A program made the position numbers and the translations under genes. A stretch of DNA of 64,000 nucleotides, taken from assembly GCA_018970545.1 (NCBI GenBank), contig JAGWWC010000004.1, forward strand, positions 828 through 64,827. The letters run 5' to 3'. The notes beneath the pieces were generated by a model. It saw only the letters and a list, made by a program, of their open reading frames with translations, was not told the DNA's origin and made no database searches. The stretch is from Betaproteobacteria bacterium (GTDB lineage: Bacteria; Pseudomonadota; Gammaproteobacteria; Burkholderiales; Burkholderiaceae_A). How positions within the stretch are numbered: the stretch's first letter is position 1; each line of letters starts with the position of its first letter. Positions 9,635-19,149 of this stretch are shown in pieces.

Positions 9635-10237
9635 TTGTCACAAGGCTGTGCTACAGTTTGTGCATCGCACAATCTCAAGCCACCTCTCAAAGCATTGAAA
9701 CCGCCTGACCCGATTGCTATCCGGCCGCTTTTGCCCAAAGACGCGCTCCTGCTGGAAGACTTCTTGTCCCAGCTCTCCGACGAAACGCGCTATCTGCGAT
9801 TTTTGGCCATCATCCGCCGTTTTACGCCTGAGCAGCTCGAACATCTGACCCACATTAGGCCCGATCGGGATATGGCGCTTGCCGCCGTGACTTCCAATCA
9901 ACGCGGCGAGGAAATCGTGGGCGTGGCCCGATATGCGGGCCTATCGGACCCCCGCAAGGCGGAGTTTGCGCTTGTGGTTCGCGATGACCTTCAGGGCCAC
10001 GGCATTGGCACTGAACTCATGCAGGCGTTAATTGAAATTGCGCGCAACCAGGGCCTTGCGTGTATTGAAGGCCTAGTTTTGGCGACGAATCACAAGATGC
10101 TTGAGCTCATGTCGCATCTGGGATTTCAGGTCATGCCGGATGCACAGGATCCGACCATGCGCCGGGTGCTGCTCGATCTCGAAGTGCATGCATCCGCTAA
10201 CGCGGAAGCTAATCCTGATCTGATCTCTTCTCTTTAA
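9635..10237 (+). CDS. GNAT family N-acetyltransferase
   Basis: RDDLQGHGIGTELMQALIEIAR acetyl-CoA binding motif. The start is uncertain: TTG at 9635 or an in-frame TTG at 9692. Confidence 0.75.
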   Translation: MSQGCATVCASHNLKPPLKALKPPDPIAIRPLLPKDALLLEDFLSQLSDETRYLRFLAIIRRFTPEQLEHLTHIRPDRDMALAAVTSNQRGEEIVGVARYAGLSDPRKAEFALVVRDDLQGHGIGTELMQALIEIARNQGLACIEGLVLATNHKMLELMSHLGFQVMPDAQDPTMRRVLLDLEVHASANAEANPDLISSL

Positions 10238-10658
10238 ATTCGCCATCAATGACGCGGTGATCGAAACGGCCCGCCCTTCCCCAGACGCGGACCTGACCAG
10301 TCGCAATCGATACAAGCGCACCCACCACGGAGATTGCCAATGCGCACAACACACCCATCCAAAAGCCTGCGATCTGAAAACCTGGAACCATCTGGGCAAC
10401 CCCCAATAAGACCAAACCGTTAAACAAAGGCAGTGCCAGGCCAAACGAAAACAAGGTCAGCGGAAGTGCAATCAGCAGCAGCAAGGGCTTGAGCGTCAGG
10501 CTAAACACAGCCAATACGAGTGAAGCCAACAGCAGGCTCTCCGGGCCGGAAAAACTCAGCCCATCAAGAAGGCCATCGACAATCCAGAGGGTCAGCGCGG
10601 TGCTCAGCCAGAGCAAAAAGAAACGTTTTAGGGCCAACATTGGCGAATTATCGATCAC
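10209..10658 (-). CDS. DUF360 / phage-holin-4_2 family membrane protein
   Basis: 149 aa with four predicted hydrophobic segments. The pattern resembles DUF360 inner-membrane proteins. Confidence 0.65.
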   Translation of the reverse strand: MIDNSPMLALKRFFLLWLSTALTLWIVDGLLDGLSFSGPESLLLASLVLAVFSLTLKPLLLLIALPLTLFSFGLALPLFNGLVLLGVAQMVPGFQIAGFWMGVLCALAISVVGALVSIATGQVRVWGRAGRFDHRVIDGEFKEKRSDQD

Positions 10659-10804
10659 GAAACGCGCACAGAGTGCAAACTTCGCGTAGACTTCTGGTGT
10701 TGTTATCGCCCCTCTCTGCCTTTCCCGCCTGTCGCTTCACTGACAACCATGCCCGGAATCTGCTTGAGAGCTGATTCCCTCTGTTGTCTTTTTGAAAGCA
10801 CCGA

Positions 10805-12127
10805 TTGAAAACTTTTGCTGACCTCGGCCTGGCCGATCCCGTTTTGCGCGCGGTCAATGCGCAGGGCTATGCCCACCCAACCCCAATCCAAGCTGCCGTT
10901 ATCCCCGAGATGATGGCAGGCCGCGATGTCATTGGTATTGCCCAGACGGGTACCGGAAAGACCGCATCGTTTGTATTGCCGATTCTGCACGGCCTCGCCT
11001 CCCAAAAGCTTGGCCCTCAGAAATTTTCAGGCGCAGGTCCAAAGGCCTTTCGCCATTTAATTCTCGCGCCGACTCGCGAACTCGCACAGCAGATTTCGGA
11101 AAACATTCGCACCTACGGAAAATTCATGCGGCCGATGGTGGGCCTTGTCGTGGGGGGTGCAAATCCGATGCCGCAAATTAAGGCGCTAGCAGCGGGCTTG
11201 GATATCGTGGTGGCGACACCGGGCCGGCTTTTGGATCATTTGCGTGCCGGAAAGGCGCGACTGGATAAAACCACAACCATCGTGCTCGATGAGGCCGATC
11301 AGATGCTTGACCTGGGCTTTATGCCCGCCATTCAAGAGATTCTTCGTGGCGTCGGTCCAAATCGGCAAGCCCTGCTGTTATCCGCCACCATGCCGCAGCC
11401 CATTCGCGTACTCGCCCAGGAATTTATGAAAGCGCCGCGTGAAATTGCGGTCGCAGCTGTCTCAAAGCCCATCGAAGCCATCGAGCAAGAAATCATCATG
11501 GTCGATCAGTCGCGTAAAAGCGATTTACTGGTGGATTTGCTGGCGACCCGCGACGTCGAGCGTGCAATTGTCTTTACTCGTACCAAGCGTGGCACCGACA
11601 AAGTTGAGCGCATGCTCAATGATGCTGGCCTGCGCTCCATCGGACTTCACGGCGACAAATCACAAGGCCAGCGCAATAAGGCCCTTGCACAATTTAAAGC
11701 AGGCACGAGAAAAATTCTGGTCGCCACGGATGTGGCTGCGCGGGGTCTGGATGTCAGCGATGTCTCCCATGTGGTGAACTTCGACATGCCCACAATTCCA
11801 GAGTCCTATGTGCACCGCATTGGCCGAACGGGCCGCGCCGGCCGAAGCGGAAAAGCCATCTCACTATGCGACCGCTCAGAGCGCAATTTGTTGCGTGATA
11901 TCGAACGCCTTACCCAGACTGCGTTGGCACCGATTTCCTCCACCAATTCGAGCGAGGCCTCCCCGCGCTTTACGCTGATTCCTGCACCGGCCCAGGCCCA
12001 GCGGGCTGCGCCACGAGGTGGCCAGCCACGCCAGCACCCGCGATCCGGAGCCCGGCCGTATTCGCCGGCGAAAAAACGGGCCCAAAAAGGATTCGCACAA
12101 CGTCGGAGTGCTGCCGCCTCGAGCTAA
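10805..12127 (+). CDS. rhlE: DEAD-box ATP-dependent RNA helicase (RhlE-like)
   Basis: Q-motif PTPIQ, AQTGTGKT, DEAD (VLDEADQM), SAT and HRIGRTGRAG motifs, with a basic C-terminal tail. TTG start. Confidence 0.9.
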   Translation: MKTFADLGLADPVLRAVNAQGYAHPTPIQAAVIPEMMAGRDVIGIAQTGTGKTASFVLPILHGLASQKLGPQKFSGAGPKAFRHLILAPTRELAQQISENIRTYGKFMRPMVGLVVGGANPMPQIKALAAGLDIVVATPGRLLDHLRAGKARLDKTTTIVLDEADQMLDLGFMPAIQEILRGVGPNRQALLLSATMPQPIRVLAQEFMKAPREIAVAAVSKPIEAIEQEIIMVDQSRKSDLLVDLLATRDVERAIVFTRTKRGTDKVERMLNDAGLRSIGLHGDKSQGQRNKALAQFKAGTRKILVATDVAARGLDVSDVSHVVNFDMPTIPESYVHRIGRTGRAGRSGKAISLCDRSERNLLRDIERLTQTALAPISSTNSSEASPRFTLIPAPAQAQRAAPRGGQPRQHPRSGARPYSPAKKRAQKGFAQRRSAAASS

Positions 12128-12129
12128 AG

Positions 12130-12219
12130 TGGCGGAAGCGGTGAGATTCGAACTCACGGAGGACTTGCGCCCTCGCCGGTTTTCAAGACCGGTGCATTCA
12201 ACCGCTCTGCCACGCTTCC
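12130..12219 (-). tRNA. tRNA-Ser (anticodon TGA)
   Basis: The reverse complement reads GGAAGCGTGGCAGAGCGGTTGAATGCACCGGTCTTGAAAACCGGCGAGGGCGCAAGTCCTCCGTGAGTTCGAATCTCACCGCTTCCGCCA. It has a long variable arm and anticodon loop CTTGAAA. Confidence 0.95.
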
Positions 12220-12282
12220 ACGACTCCAAATTTTATCAGGGTATTGCCCAAGGCCGCCCAGTCGGCTGTGGCCGCGAATCTT

Positions 12283-12313
12283 GATATCGTCGTTGTCTTC
12301 ACACGACGATATC
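12283..12313. repeat. perfect 10-bp inverted repeat GATATCGTCG-N11-CGACGATATC
   Basis: Read directly from the sequence. The right arm ends 4 nt before the ATG of the IlvD/Edd-family gene. Confidence 0.6.
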
Positions 12314-12317
12314 CGTT

Positions 12318-14039
12318 ATGAGCAGTGAATCGAAATCGGGCCTTCGCCAAGGGCTAGTGAGTTACGGCGATCAGGACTTCTCGCTTTTTTTGCGAAAGGC
12401 CTTTATCAAGGGTGCAGGCTTCACGGAAGATGCGTTGAGTCGGCCCATCGTTGGCATCACCAACACCGGCAGCGGCTTTAATCCCTGCCACGGCAACATG
12501 CCGCAACTCATTGAGGCAGTCAAACGCGGTGTAATGCTCGCAGGCGGCCTGCCGATCGAGTTCCCAACCATCTCACTGCATGAGAGTTTCGCACGGCCGA
12601 CCAGTATGTTTCTGCGTAATCTCATGGCCATGGAGACCGAAGAGATGATTCGGGCTCAGCCCATGGACGCAGTGGTGCTGATTGGGGGCTGCGATAAAAC
12701 AGTTCCCGCACAGCTGATGGCGGCGGCGTCGGCAGAACTTCCTGCTGTTCAACTCATCACAGGGTCTATGCTCACCGGCGCCCATGCCGGCACGCGGGTT
12801 GGAGCGTGTACCGATTGCCGTCGCTACTGGGCAAAATTTCGAGCGGGCGAAATTGATCAGCAGGAAATTGATGCAGTCAACGATCAGTTAGTGGCCAGCG
12901 TTGGCACCTGCTCAGTGATGGGCACCGCAAGCACGATGGCCTGCGTCACTGAAGTCTTGGGCCTGTCGGTAGCAGGCGGTGCCTCGCCGCCTGCTGTGAG
13001 TGCTGACCGTATTCGGGCGGCGGAGTCTACCGGCAAAGCTGCGGTGGCATCAATCGCCCGACAGCTCACGCCCAAGAAAATTCTGACGCCACGGGCATTT
13101 GAAAATGCGCTGCGTGTGTTGCTGGCCATCGGCGGCTCGACCAATGCACTCATCCACCTCACGGCACTGGCCGGCCGGCTGGGAATCAAAATTGATTTAC
13201 AGCGACTGGATCGATTCGCCAGAGAAACGCCCGTTCTGGTCGATCTCAAGCCCTCGGGCCAGCACTACATGGAAGACTTCCATCATGCCGGGGGAATGCC
13301 CCGCCTGCTTCGCGAATTAAAGCCCTTGCTGCACTTGGACTGCCTGACAATATCTGGGGCGAGTCTCGGTGAACAAATCGATCGCGGGCCTGCACCATTT
13401 GCCCAGTCGGTAATTCGGCCGCTTTCTGATCCGATCTATGAGCAAGGCGGTCTCGCTGTCTTGTTTGGCAACCTCGCGCCGCTTGGCGCCATCATCAAGC
13501 AGTCTGCTGCCCGTCGTGAATTGATGCAGCACGAGGGCCGTGCCGTCGTGTTTGAAAATCTCCAAGATATGGCGGCACGGATTGATGCTGATGATTTAGA
13601 CGTTCAAGCCCATGACATTTTAGTGCTCAAAAATATTGGGCCTAAGGGCGCCCCAGGAATGCCGGAGGCCGGTGCCCTGCCGATTCCACGAAAACTGGCC
13701 CGCCAGGGCGTGACCGACATGGTGCGCATCTCCGATGGCCGAATGAGTGGCACGGCAGCGGGTACGGTTGTCTTACATGTCAGCCCCGAGTCAGCGGTTG
13801 GCGGTCCGCTTGGCCTGGTGCAGACTGGCGATCGAATTCGACTCGACGTTGCCGGCCGCGCGATCAGCCTGCTTGTTGAGGACAAAGAGTTAAAACGTCG
13901 CCAGGAATGTCAGGCTTTCGCACGACCAACCGCAGAGCGCGGCTATCGAAAACTTTTTCTTGATGCAGTACTCGGTGCTGATGAAGGAGCAGATTTTCAT
14001 TTTTTGCGGCCGCCAAATACCGAAACGATTCCAAGATAA
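12318..14039 (+). CDS. IlvD/Edd family dehydratase (sugar-acid dehydratase-like, substrate unknown)
   Basis: 573 aa. Family motifs include IVGITNTGSGFNPCHGN, LIGGCDKTVPA and SVGTCSVMGTASTM (Fe-S cluster Cys ligands). Confidence 0.9.
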   Translation: MSSESKSGLRQGLVSYGDQDFSLFLRKAFIKGAGFTEDALSRPIVGITNTGSGFNPCHGNMPQLIEAVKRGVMLAGGLPIEFPTISLHESFARPTSMFLRNLMAMETEEMIRAQPMDAVVLIGGCDKTVPAQLMAAASAELPAVQLITGSMLTGAHAGTRVGACTDCRRYWAKFRAGEIDQQEIDAVNDQLVASVGTCSVMGTASTMACVTEVLGLSVAGGASPPAVSADRIRAAESTGKAAVASIARQLTPKKILTPRAFENALRVLLAIGGSTNALIHLTALAGRLGIKIDLQRLDRFARETPVLVDLKPSGQHYMEDFHHAGGMPRLLRELKPLLHLDCLTISGASLGEQIDRGPAPFAQSVIRPLSDPIYEQGGLAVLFGNLAPLGAIIKQSAARRELMQHEGRAVVFENLQDMAARIDADDLDVQAHDILVLKNIGPKGAPGMPEAGALPIPRKLARQGVTDMVRISDGRMSGTAAGTVVLHVSPESAVGGPLGLVQTGDRIRLDVAGRAISLLVEDKELKRRQECQAFARPTAERGYRKLFLDAVLGADEGADFHFLRPPNTETIPR

Positions 14040-14061
14040 AAACTGTGCAGAGTTAAAGGCT

Positions 14062-14982
14062 ATGGCCCACCATCCATCGACACTTCCCGCTGTTTTAGCG
14101 CCTGTTATCACTCCCTTTGATGTAAAGGGTGCGCCGGATGCCCAACGACTTGCGCACCAATGCCGATGGCTGCTGTCGCACCGAGTGGGCCTTGCCATCT
14201 TTGGCACCAATTCCGAGGCCAATTCAATGTCGGTTGCTGAGCGCATTCAGACACTTCAAGCGCTGATTGAGGCTGGCCTGCCCGCGGACCAGATGATGCC
14301 GGGCTCGGGTGCCTGCGCGGTGACCGATGCCATCACGCTCACCCGCGCCGCAGTCGAGGCGGGCTGTGCCGGCACGCTGACCCTGCCACCTTTTTATTAC
14401 AAAGATGTTTCTGATGACGGCCTGTTTGCCTACTTCGCCACCATCATCGAAGCCGTCGCCCACCCGAAGCTGCGGGTCTACCTCTACAACATCCCACCGG
14501 TGGCCAAGGTCGGCTTCTCGATTGCCTTAATTGAACGGCTGATCAAAGCCTACCCAAAGACCGTCGTGGGAATGAAAGACAGCTCGGGTGACTGGGCCTA
14601 TACCGAGTCTGTGATGCAGGCCTTTAACAGCACTGGATTTCGCATGTATGCCGGTGCCGAATCTTTTTTAATGCGGACTCTGCGCGCCGGCGGTGTAGGC
14701 TGCATTTCAGCCACAGCCAATGTCAATCCCGGTGCGATTGCTGGCCTTGCTGCCAATTGGCAGCAGCCTAATGCAGATCAGCAGCAGTCCGAACTGGACC
14801 GGGTACGTTCGGTCTTTCAGCGCCGCCCAATGATTGCTGCAATGAAAGCTGCTGTCGCCCGCTACAGCGGCGATGTGCAGTGGGCCGCAGTCCGGCCGCC
14901 GCTGGTGGCCTTAAGTCCCGCAGAGCGCGACAGCCTCTTGGCTGATCTCGATTCAATCGGATTTTCGATCCCGGGCCTCTGA
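14062..14982 (+). CDS. dihydrodipicolinate synthase (DapA/NAL) family lyase
   Basis: Internal ATG at 14062 of ORF 13960..14982, 22 nt after the upstream stop. Shows the GTNSE motif and Y..IP, MKDSSGD (Schiff-base Lys) patterns of class I aldolase/dehydratases. Confidence 0.85.
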   Translation: MAHHPSTLPAVLAPVITPFDVKGAPDAQRLAHQCRWLLSHRVGLAIFGTNSEANSMSVAERIQTLQALIEAGLPADQMMPGSGACAVTDAITLTRAAVEAGCAGTLTLPPFYYKDVSDDGLFAYFATIIEAVAHPKLRVYLYNIPPVAKVGFSIALIERLIKAYPKTVVGMKDSSGDWAYTESVMQAFNSTGFRMYAGAESFLMRTLRAGGVGCISATANVNPGAIAGLAANWQQPNADQQQSELDRVRSVFQRRPMIAAMKAAVARYSGDVQWAAVRPPLVALSPAERDSLLADLDSIGFSIPGL

Positions 14983-15897
14983 GATCTCGGCAGCGAGGAG
15001 CTCGCTTGCGGCAGCAAGCAGCGTTTCGTAGCGCTCCCGCTCGCTCGCAATTCGCTCGGGTGTCCAAGCATAAAAACCCCGGCCAGTCTTCATGCCCATC
15101 GCCCCCTCACTGACGAGGCGCGTCAGCGAAGCGCTGGGCCGGTCGTCATTGCAAAGGTCAGGATAAATCGATCCTGCAGCCGCATGATGGATGTCGAGCC
15201 CGGCATGGTCGCGCTGCAGGCAGGGGCCTGCAGCGAGATAACGAAATCCGAACCCAAACCGAACTGCTGCATCAATATCTTCAGCCGAAACAATGCCCTG
15301 ATCCATGAGGCTCAGGGCCTCGCGCGAGACGGCATGCTGCAGACGATTGACCAAAAAACCAGGCAGATCCCGCTTCACACGAATCGGTACCTTGCCCACT
15401 GCCCGAAGCGTATCGGCGACCGCGTCTGCAACCACGGGGTCGGTCTTGGCGGAACAGACCACCTCTACCCCCGGCACAAGATGGGCCGGCATAAAATAAT
15501 GCGTGCCCAGCATGCGATGTTGCGACTGAAGGCCCTGCCCAATACTGCTAATCGGCAGGGCTGAAGAGTTACTGCACAGTGGCGTCTCAGGCCGGGCCAG
15601 CAATTCAAGTTCTCGAAAAATGCTCTGCTTAATCGGCAGTGACTCCGGGGCCGCCTCGATCACCAAATCAATCCCGGCCCATTGCGCCTCAGAGAGTGCC
15701 CGCACCAAACCGGGCCGCCTACTGGCGGGCCTGCCAAGCCTGGCGATGGCCAAATCAAATCGGTCTTGGATCGACTCAAACCGGCTATCGACTGGGTTCA
15801 CAATCGTCACAGCCCATCCATAAATCGCAAATGAGGCGGCGATATCAACACCCATGGTGCCACCGCCCACAACCAACAAATGCCGCTCTGTATTCAC
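14953..15897 (-). CDS. 3-hydroxyacyl-CoA dehydrogenase family protein (3HCDH fold)
   Basis: N-terminal Rossmann motif VVGGGTMG. The 314-aa length and layout are typical of the 3-hydroxybutyryl-CoA / L-gulonate 3-dehydrogenase family. Confidence 0.85.
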   Translation of the reverse strand: MNTERHLLVVGGGTMGVDIAASFAIYGWAVTIVNPVDSRFESIQDRFDLAIARLGRPASRRPGLVRALSEAQWAGIDLVIEAAPESLPIKQSIFRELELLARPETPLCSNSSALPISSIGQGLQSQHRMLGTHYFMPAHLVPGVEVVCSAKTDPVVADAVADTLRAVGKVPIRVKRDLPGFLVNRLQHAVSREALSLMDQGIVSAEDIDAAVRFGFGFRYLAAGPCLQRDHAGLDIHHAAAGSIYPDLCNDDRPSASLTRLVSEGAMGMKTGRGFYAWTPERIASERERYETLLAAASELLAAEISEARDRKSD

Positions 15898-16038
15898 GCG
15901 CTGCCTCCCGCAAAAAACGTACTTTTCCAGGGGTTCCTAGTAGTTTTCCTAGGTCTTTGCAGGGCCAAACGACTTGAAAAAACAGACCCCACCTGAGACC
16001 CTCTCAACCTTCTGTGACCCACCTCAAAAGGACTATAC

Positions 16039-16989
16039 ATGCGCCTTCCTAAGCTTTTTGCCGCACTCGCTCTTGCGGCCTCCAGCAGCGTTTTCGCCCA
16101 GAACATCTCGATTGCTACCGGGGGCACCGGAGGGGTCTATTACCCTATGGGCGGCGGCCTTGCAGCAGTGCTCTCCAAGCATGTTGCGGGCATGCAGGCC
16201 ACCGCTGAGGTCACCGGCGGCTCAGTCGATAACCTGAACCTGATTGCCAGCGGCAAACCCTATGTTGGCTTCTCAATGGTGGATGCTGCTCTGGATGCTG
16301 CCCGCGGCGTTGATAAATTCACTGGCCGGAAAGTCGATCTGCGGACCCTTCTGGTGCTGTATCCCAACCGTATGCATGTCGTGACTGTGGAGTCCACTGG
16401 CATCAAGACGATGCGTGATCTAAAAGGCAGGCGGGTTGCAACCGGAAGCCCGGGCAGTGCCACCGAAGTCATGGCCCTGCGCTTAATTGAGGCTGCCGGA
16501 CTGGACCCGAATAAGGACATGACCCGTGAGCGTTTAGGCGTTGCCGAGTCCGTGAACGCGATTAAAGACAAAAAAGTTGATGCATTTTTCTGGGTTGGTG
16601 GCCTACCCACCGCAGCCGTGACCGATCTGGCCAGCACCCCAGGAACCAAGATCCGCATGATCGATCACGCTGAAGCCGTCGCCGCCATGAATAAAAAATA
16701 TGGCGACCTCTACTATGCCGATACTATTCCCCGTACCACCTACTCAGGAATGGATGCGGATAACAAGATCGCCTCGGTCGCCAACATTCTGGTGGTCAAC
16801 GCCAAGATGCCCGATGATCAGGCTTACAAGATCGTGAAGGCCGTCTTTGACCACCATAAGGATCTGGTTGCGGTCCACAAGGAGTACTCCAGCGTAACGA
16901 TCCCGAATCAGAAACAAGTCTCAAGCCCGATCCCCTTCCACCCCGGGGCGGTAAAGTTCATTCAAGAAAAGGGCGGCAAGATTAACTGA
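16039..16989 (+). CDS. TAXI-family TRAP transporter solute-binding protein
   Basis: Signal peptide MRLPKLFAALALAASSSVFA followed by IATGGTGGVYYPMGGG, the hallmark of the TAXI family. SD sequence AAGGA lies upstream. Confidence 0.9.
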   Translation: MRLPKLFAALALAASSSVFAQNISIATGGTGGVYYPMGGGLAAVLSKHVAGMQATAEVTGGSVDNLNLIASGKPYVGFSMVDAALDAARGVDKFTGRKVDLRTLLVLYPNRMHVVTVESTGIKTMRDLKGRRVATGSPGSATEVMALRLIEAAGLDPNKDMTRERLGVAESVNAIKDKKVDAFFWVGGLPTAAVTDLASTPGTKIRMIDHAEAVAAMNKKYGDLYYADTIPRTTYSGMDADNKIASVANILVVNAKMPDDQAYKIVKAVFDHHKDLVAVHKEYSSVTIPNQKQVSSPIPFHPGAVKFIQEKGGKIN

Positions 16990-17020
16990 CCGCTCAGACA
17001 TTCATCGCCCAAGTCAAGCT

Positions 17021-17051
17021 GAAAGCCCGCATAATGCGGGCTTTCGCTTTT
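17021..17051 (+). terminator. intrinsic terminator/attenuator hairpin between the TRAP binding-protein and permease genes
   Basis: GAAAGCCCGC-ATAAT-GCGGGCTTTC forms a perfect stem of 10-11 bp and is followed by GCTTTT. Confidence 0.6.
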
Positions 17052-17097
17052 CAACCCGGCCCCTAAGTCTGGCCAGCGTAACCGCGAAAGTATCGAT

Positions 17098-19149
17098 ATG
17101 AGTGACTCTCTGCAGAAGATGGGCGTGCCCGAGGGCGATCTGGATGCCGAGACCCGCCAGCGGGTCGAGAGCCTAATCAAAGAAGAAGAAGGCGATACCA
17201 GCAGCTACCGCGGTGGTTTGGCTGTGGTCCTGACGCTGGTGGCTGTCGCAATGTCGCTGTTTCACCTTTACTCCGCCTACGCAATTGTTCCCGCCCAGAT
17301 CATGCGGATGACCCATGTGGTCATGGTGCTGGCATTTATTTTTATTACCTTTCCGATTGCTGCCCGCTATAAGAATCGGCTGATGTGGTGGGATATCGTG
17401 TTTGCCGGCCTGGCAATTGCGGCCCTGGTGTATGCCATTCGCGGCGGCGATAACTTCACGGATCGAAACACGTTCCCGCTGCCCATGGACGTTGCCTTTG
17501 GCGGGATTCTCATCCTGCTCATCTTGGAGGCTGTCCGCCGGACCAATGGATTGGTGCTGCTGTCAGTCACGATTGCATTTTTGTTGTACGCGCTTTTTGG
17601 TGATTCACTTCCCGCGCCATGGACCCACAAGGGCTACGACTTATCCCGGCTGGTTGGCTTTATGTACATGACACTCGAGGGCATCTTCGGAGTCGCTGTG
17701 GATGTCTCCTCATCGCTGATTATTCTTTTCACCATTTTCGGCGCCTTTCTGCAGTTCAGCGGTGCGGGAAAATTTTTCATTGATTTTTCGTTTTCCGCGA
17801 TGGGTGGAAAAACCTCGAGCGTTGGCCGCACCGTGGTGCTCTCCTCATTTCTGATGGGAGGCCCATCGGGCTCGGGCGTGGCCACCACGGTGACAGTGGG
17901 TTCGGTGGCTCACAGCATGCTGACCAAGGCCGGCTATGACCGCAATGCTGCCGGTGGTCTGCTGGCCGCAGGCGGCCTGGGCGCCATCATTTCGCCCCCG
18001 GTCTTGGGCGCTGCGGCCTTTTTGATTGCGGAGTTTTTAAAGATCTCGTATCTCGATGTGCTGCTGATGGCCACGATCCCCACCTTTTTGTTTTATCTGG
18101 GGCTCTTTGTCATGGTCCAAATCGATGCAAGAAAATACAACATGTCGGGCCAGACCCTTCCGGGTGTCGAGAGCGCATGGGAGCTAGCGAAAAAGTATTG
18201 GTTCCACTTTTTCTCGCTCATATCGATTGTGCTGTTTATGCTGATGGGCTTTTCGCCCATCATGTCTGTCTTCTGGGCAACTGTCGCCTCGCTTCTCACT
18301 AGTTTTTTGCGGCGAGACTCGGCAATGATTCCTTATGAGGTCCTGATCGGCCGGGCCCCATTCTGGAAGGGCCTTTATCAATCGCGGCTCACCGAGGCGC
18401 TTTCCAATGGCTTTACCCAGGTCCTATCGATTGCCGCAACTTGTGCAGGCGCCGGACTCATTGTGGGCGTTGTCGTGCTCACAGGGCTTGGTCTGAAATT
18501 TAGCGCCATCGTGATTGAGTACGCAGGCGGATCACTCTTTTTAACCGCCCTATTCACCGCCCTGATTGTATGGATTGTCGGCTTGGCAGTTCCGGTGACC
18601 GCCTCCTACATCATCTGTGCAGTGGTCGCAGCGCCCGCCTTAATCAAACTCGGCGTACCCGAATTCGCTGCCCATATGTTTATCTTTTATTACGCAGTGC
18701 TCTCTGAGGTCTCCCCGCCGACCGCCTTAGCGCCCTTTGCGGCAGCCGCAATCTGCAAAGGCAACCCTTATCGCACCACATTCCAGAGCTGGAAATATGT
18801 TGCGCCCGCGATTCTGGTGCCCTTTATCTTTGTGCTCGACCCTGCCGGAGTGGCCCTGCTGCTGATGGGCTCTACCAAGGCCTTGGCCAAAGCCAACTGG
18901 GTTGATATTGCATGGATCACCTTTACCGCATCGGTGGGCATCGTCGCCCTTGCAGGTGGCCTGCAGAATTGGTTCATTCTTAAGACTAAGCTGATTGAAC
19001 GCTGGCTACTGATTGGTGCGGGATTAGCCCTGACCTACCCCTCTGCCACCACCGATATCGCAGGATTTATCGGATTTGGTCTGGTGTTGGCCAGCCAGCT
19101 CTTCAGACGATCGCGCGGACCGCACGGCCAATCGCCAGGCATGACGTAA
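17098..19149 (+). CDS. TRAP transporter fused permease (TAXI-associated 4TM/12TM fusion)
   Basis: 683-aa highly hydrophobic polytopic protein immediately downstream of the TAXI binding protein. Confidence 0.9.
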   Translation: MSDSLQKMGVPEGDLDAETRQRVESLIKEEEGDTSSYRGGLAVVLTLVAVAMSLFHLYSAYAIVPAQIMRMTHVVMVLAFIFITFPIAARYKNRLMWWDIVFAGLAIAALVYAIRGGDNFTDRNTFPLPMDVAFGGILILLILEAVRRTNGLVLLSVTIAFLLYALFGDSLPAPWTHKGYDLSRLVGFMYMTLEGIFGVAVDVSSSLIILFTIFGAFLQFSGAGKFFIDFSFSAMGGKTSSVGRTVVLSSFLMGGPSGSGVATTVTVGSVAHSMLTKAGYDRNAAGGLLAAGGLGAIISPPVLGAAAFLIAEFLKISYLDVLLMATIPTFLFYLGLFVMVQIDARKYNMSGQTLPGVESAWELAKKYWFHFFSLISIVLFMLMGFSPIMSVFWATVASLLTSFLRRDSAMIPYEVLIGRAPFWKGLYQSRLTEALSNGFTQVLSIAATCAGAGLIVGVVVLTGLGLKFSAIVIEYAGGSLFLTALFTALIVWIVGLAVPVTASYIICAVVAAPALIKLGVPEFAAHMFIFYYAVLSEVSPPTALAPFAAAAICKGNPYRTTFQSWKYVAPAILVPFIFVLDPAGVALLLMGSTKALAKANWVDIAWITFTASVGIVALAGGLQNWFILKTKLIERWLLIGAGLALTYPSATTDIAGFIGFGLVLASQLFRRSRGPHGQSPGMT

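Noticed and set aside
12130-19149. Possibility that the sugar-acid/TRAP cluster is a genomic island integrated at tRNA-Ser.
   Set aside because: There is no integrase, no transposase and no visible direct repeat of the tRNA 3' end. I see no obvious compositional shift by eye, and the flanking genes are tightly packed like the rest of the window.
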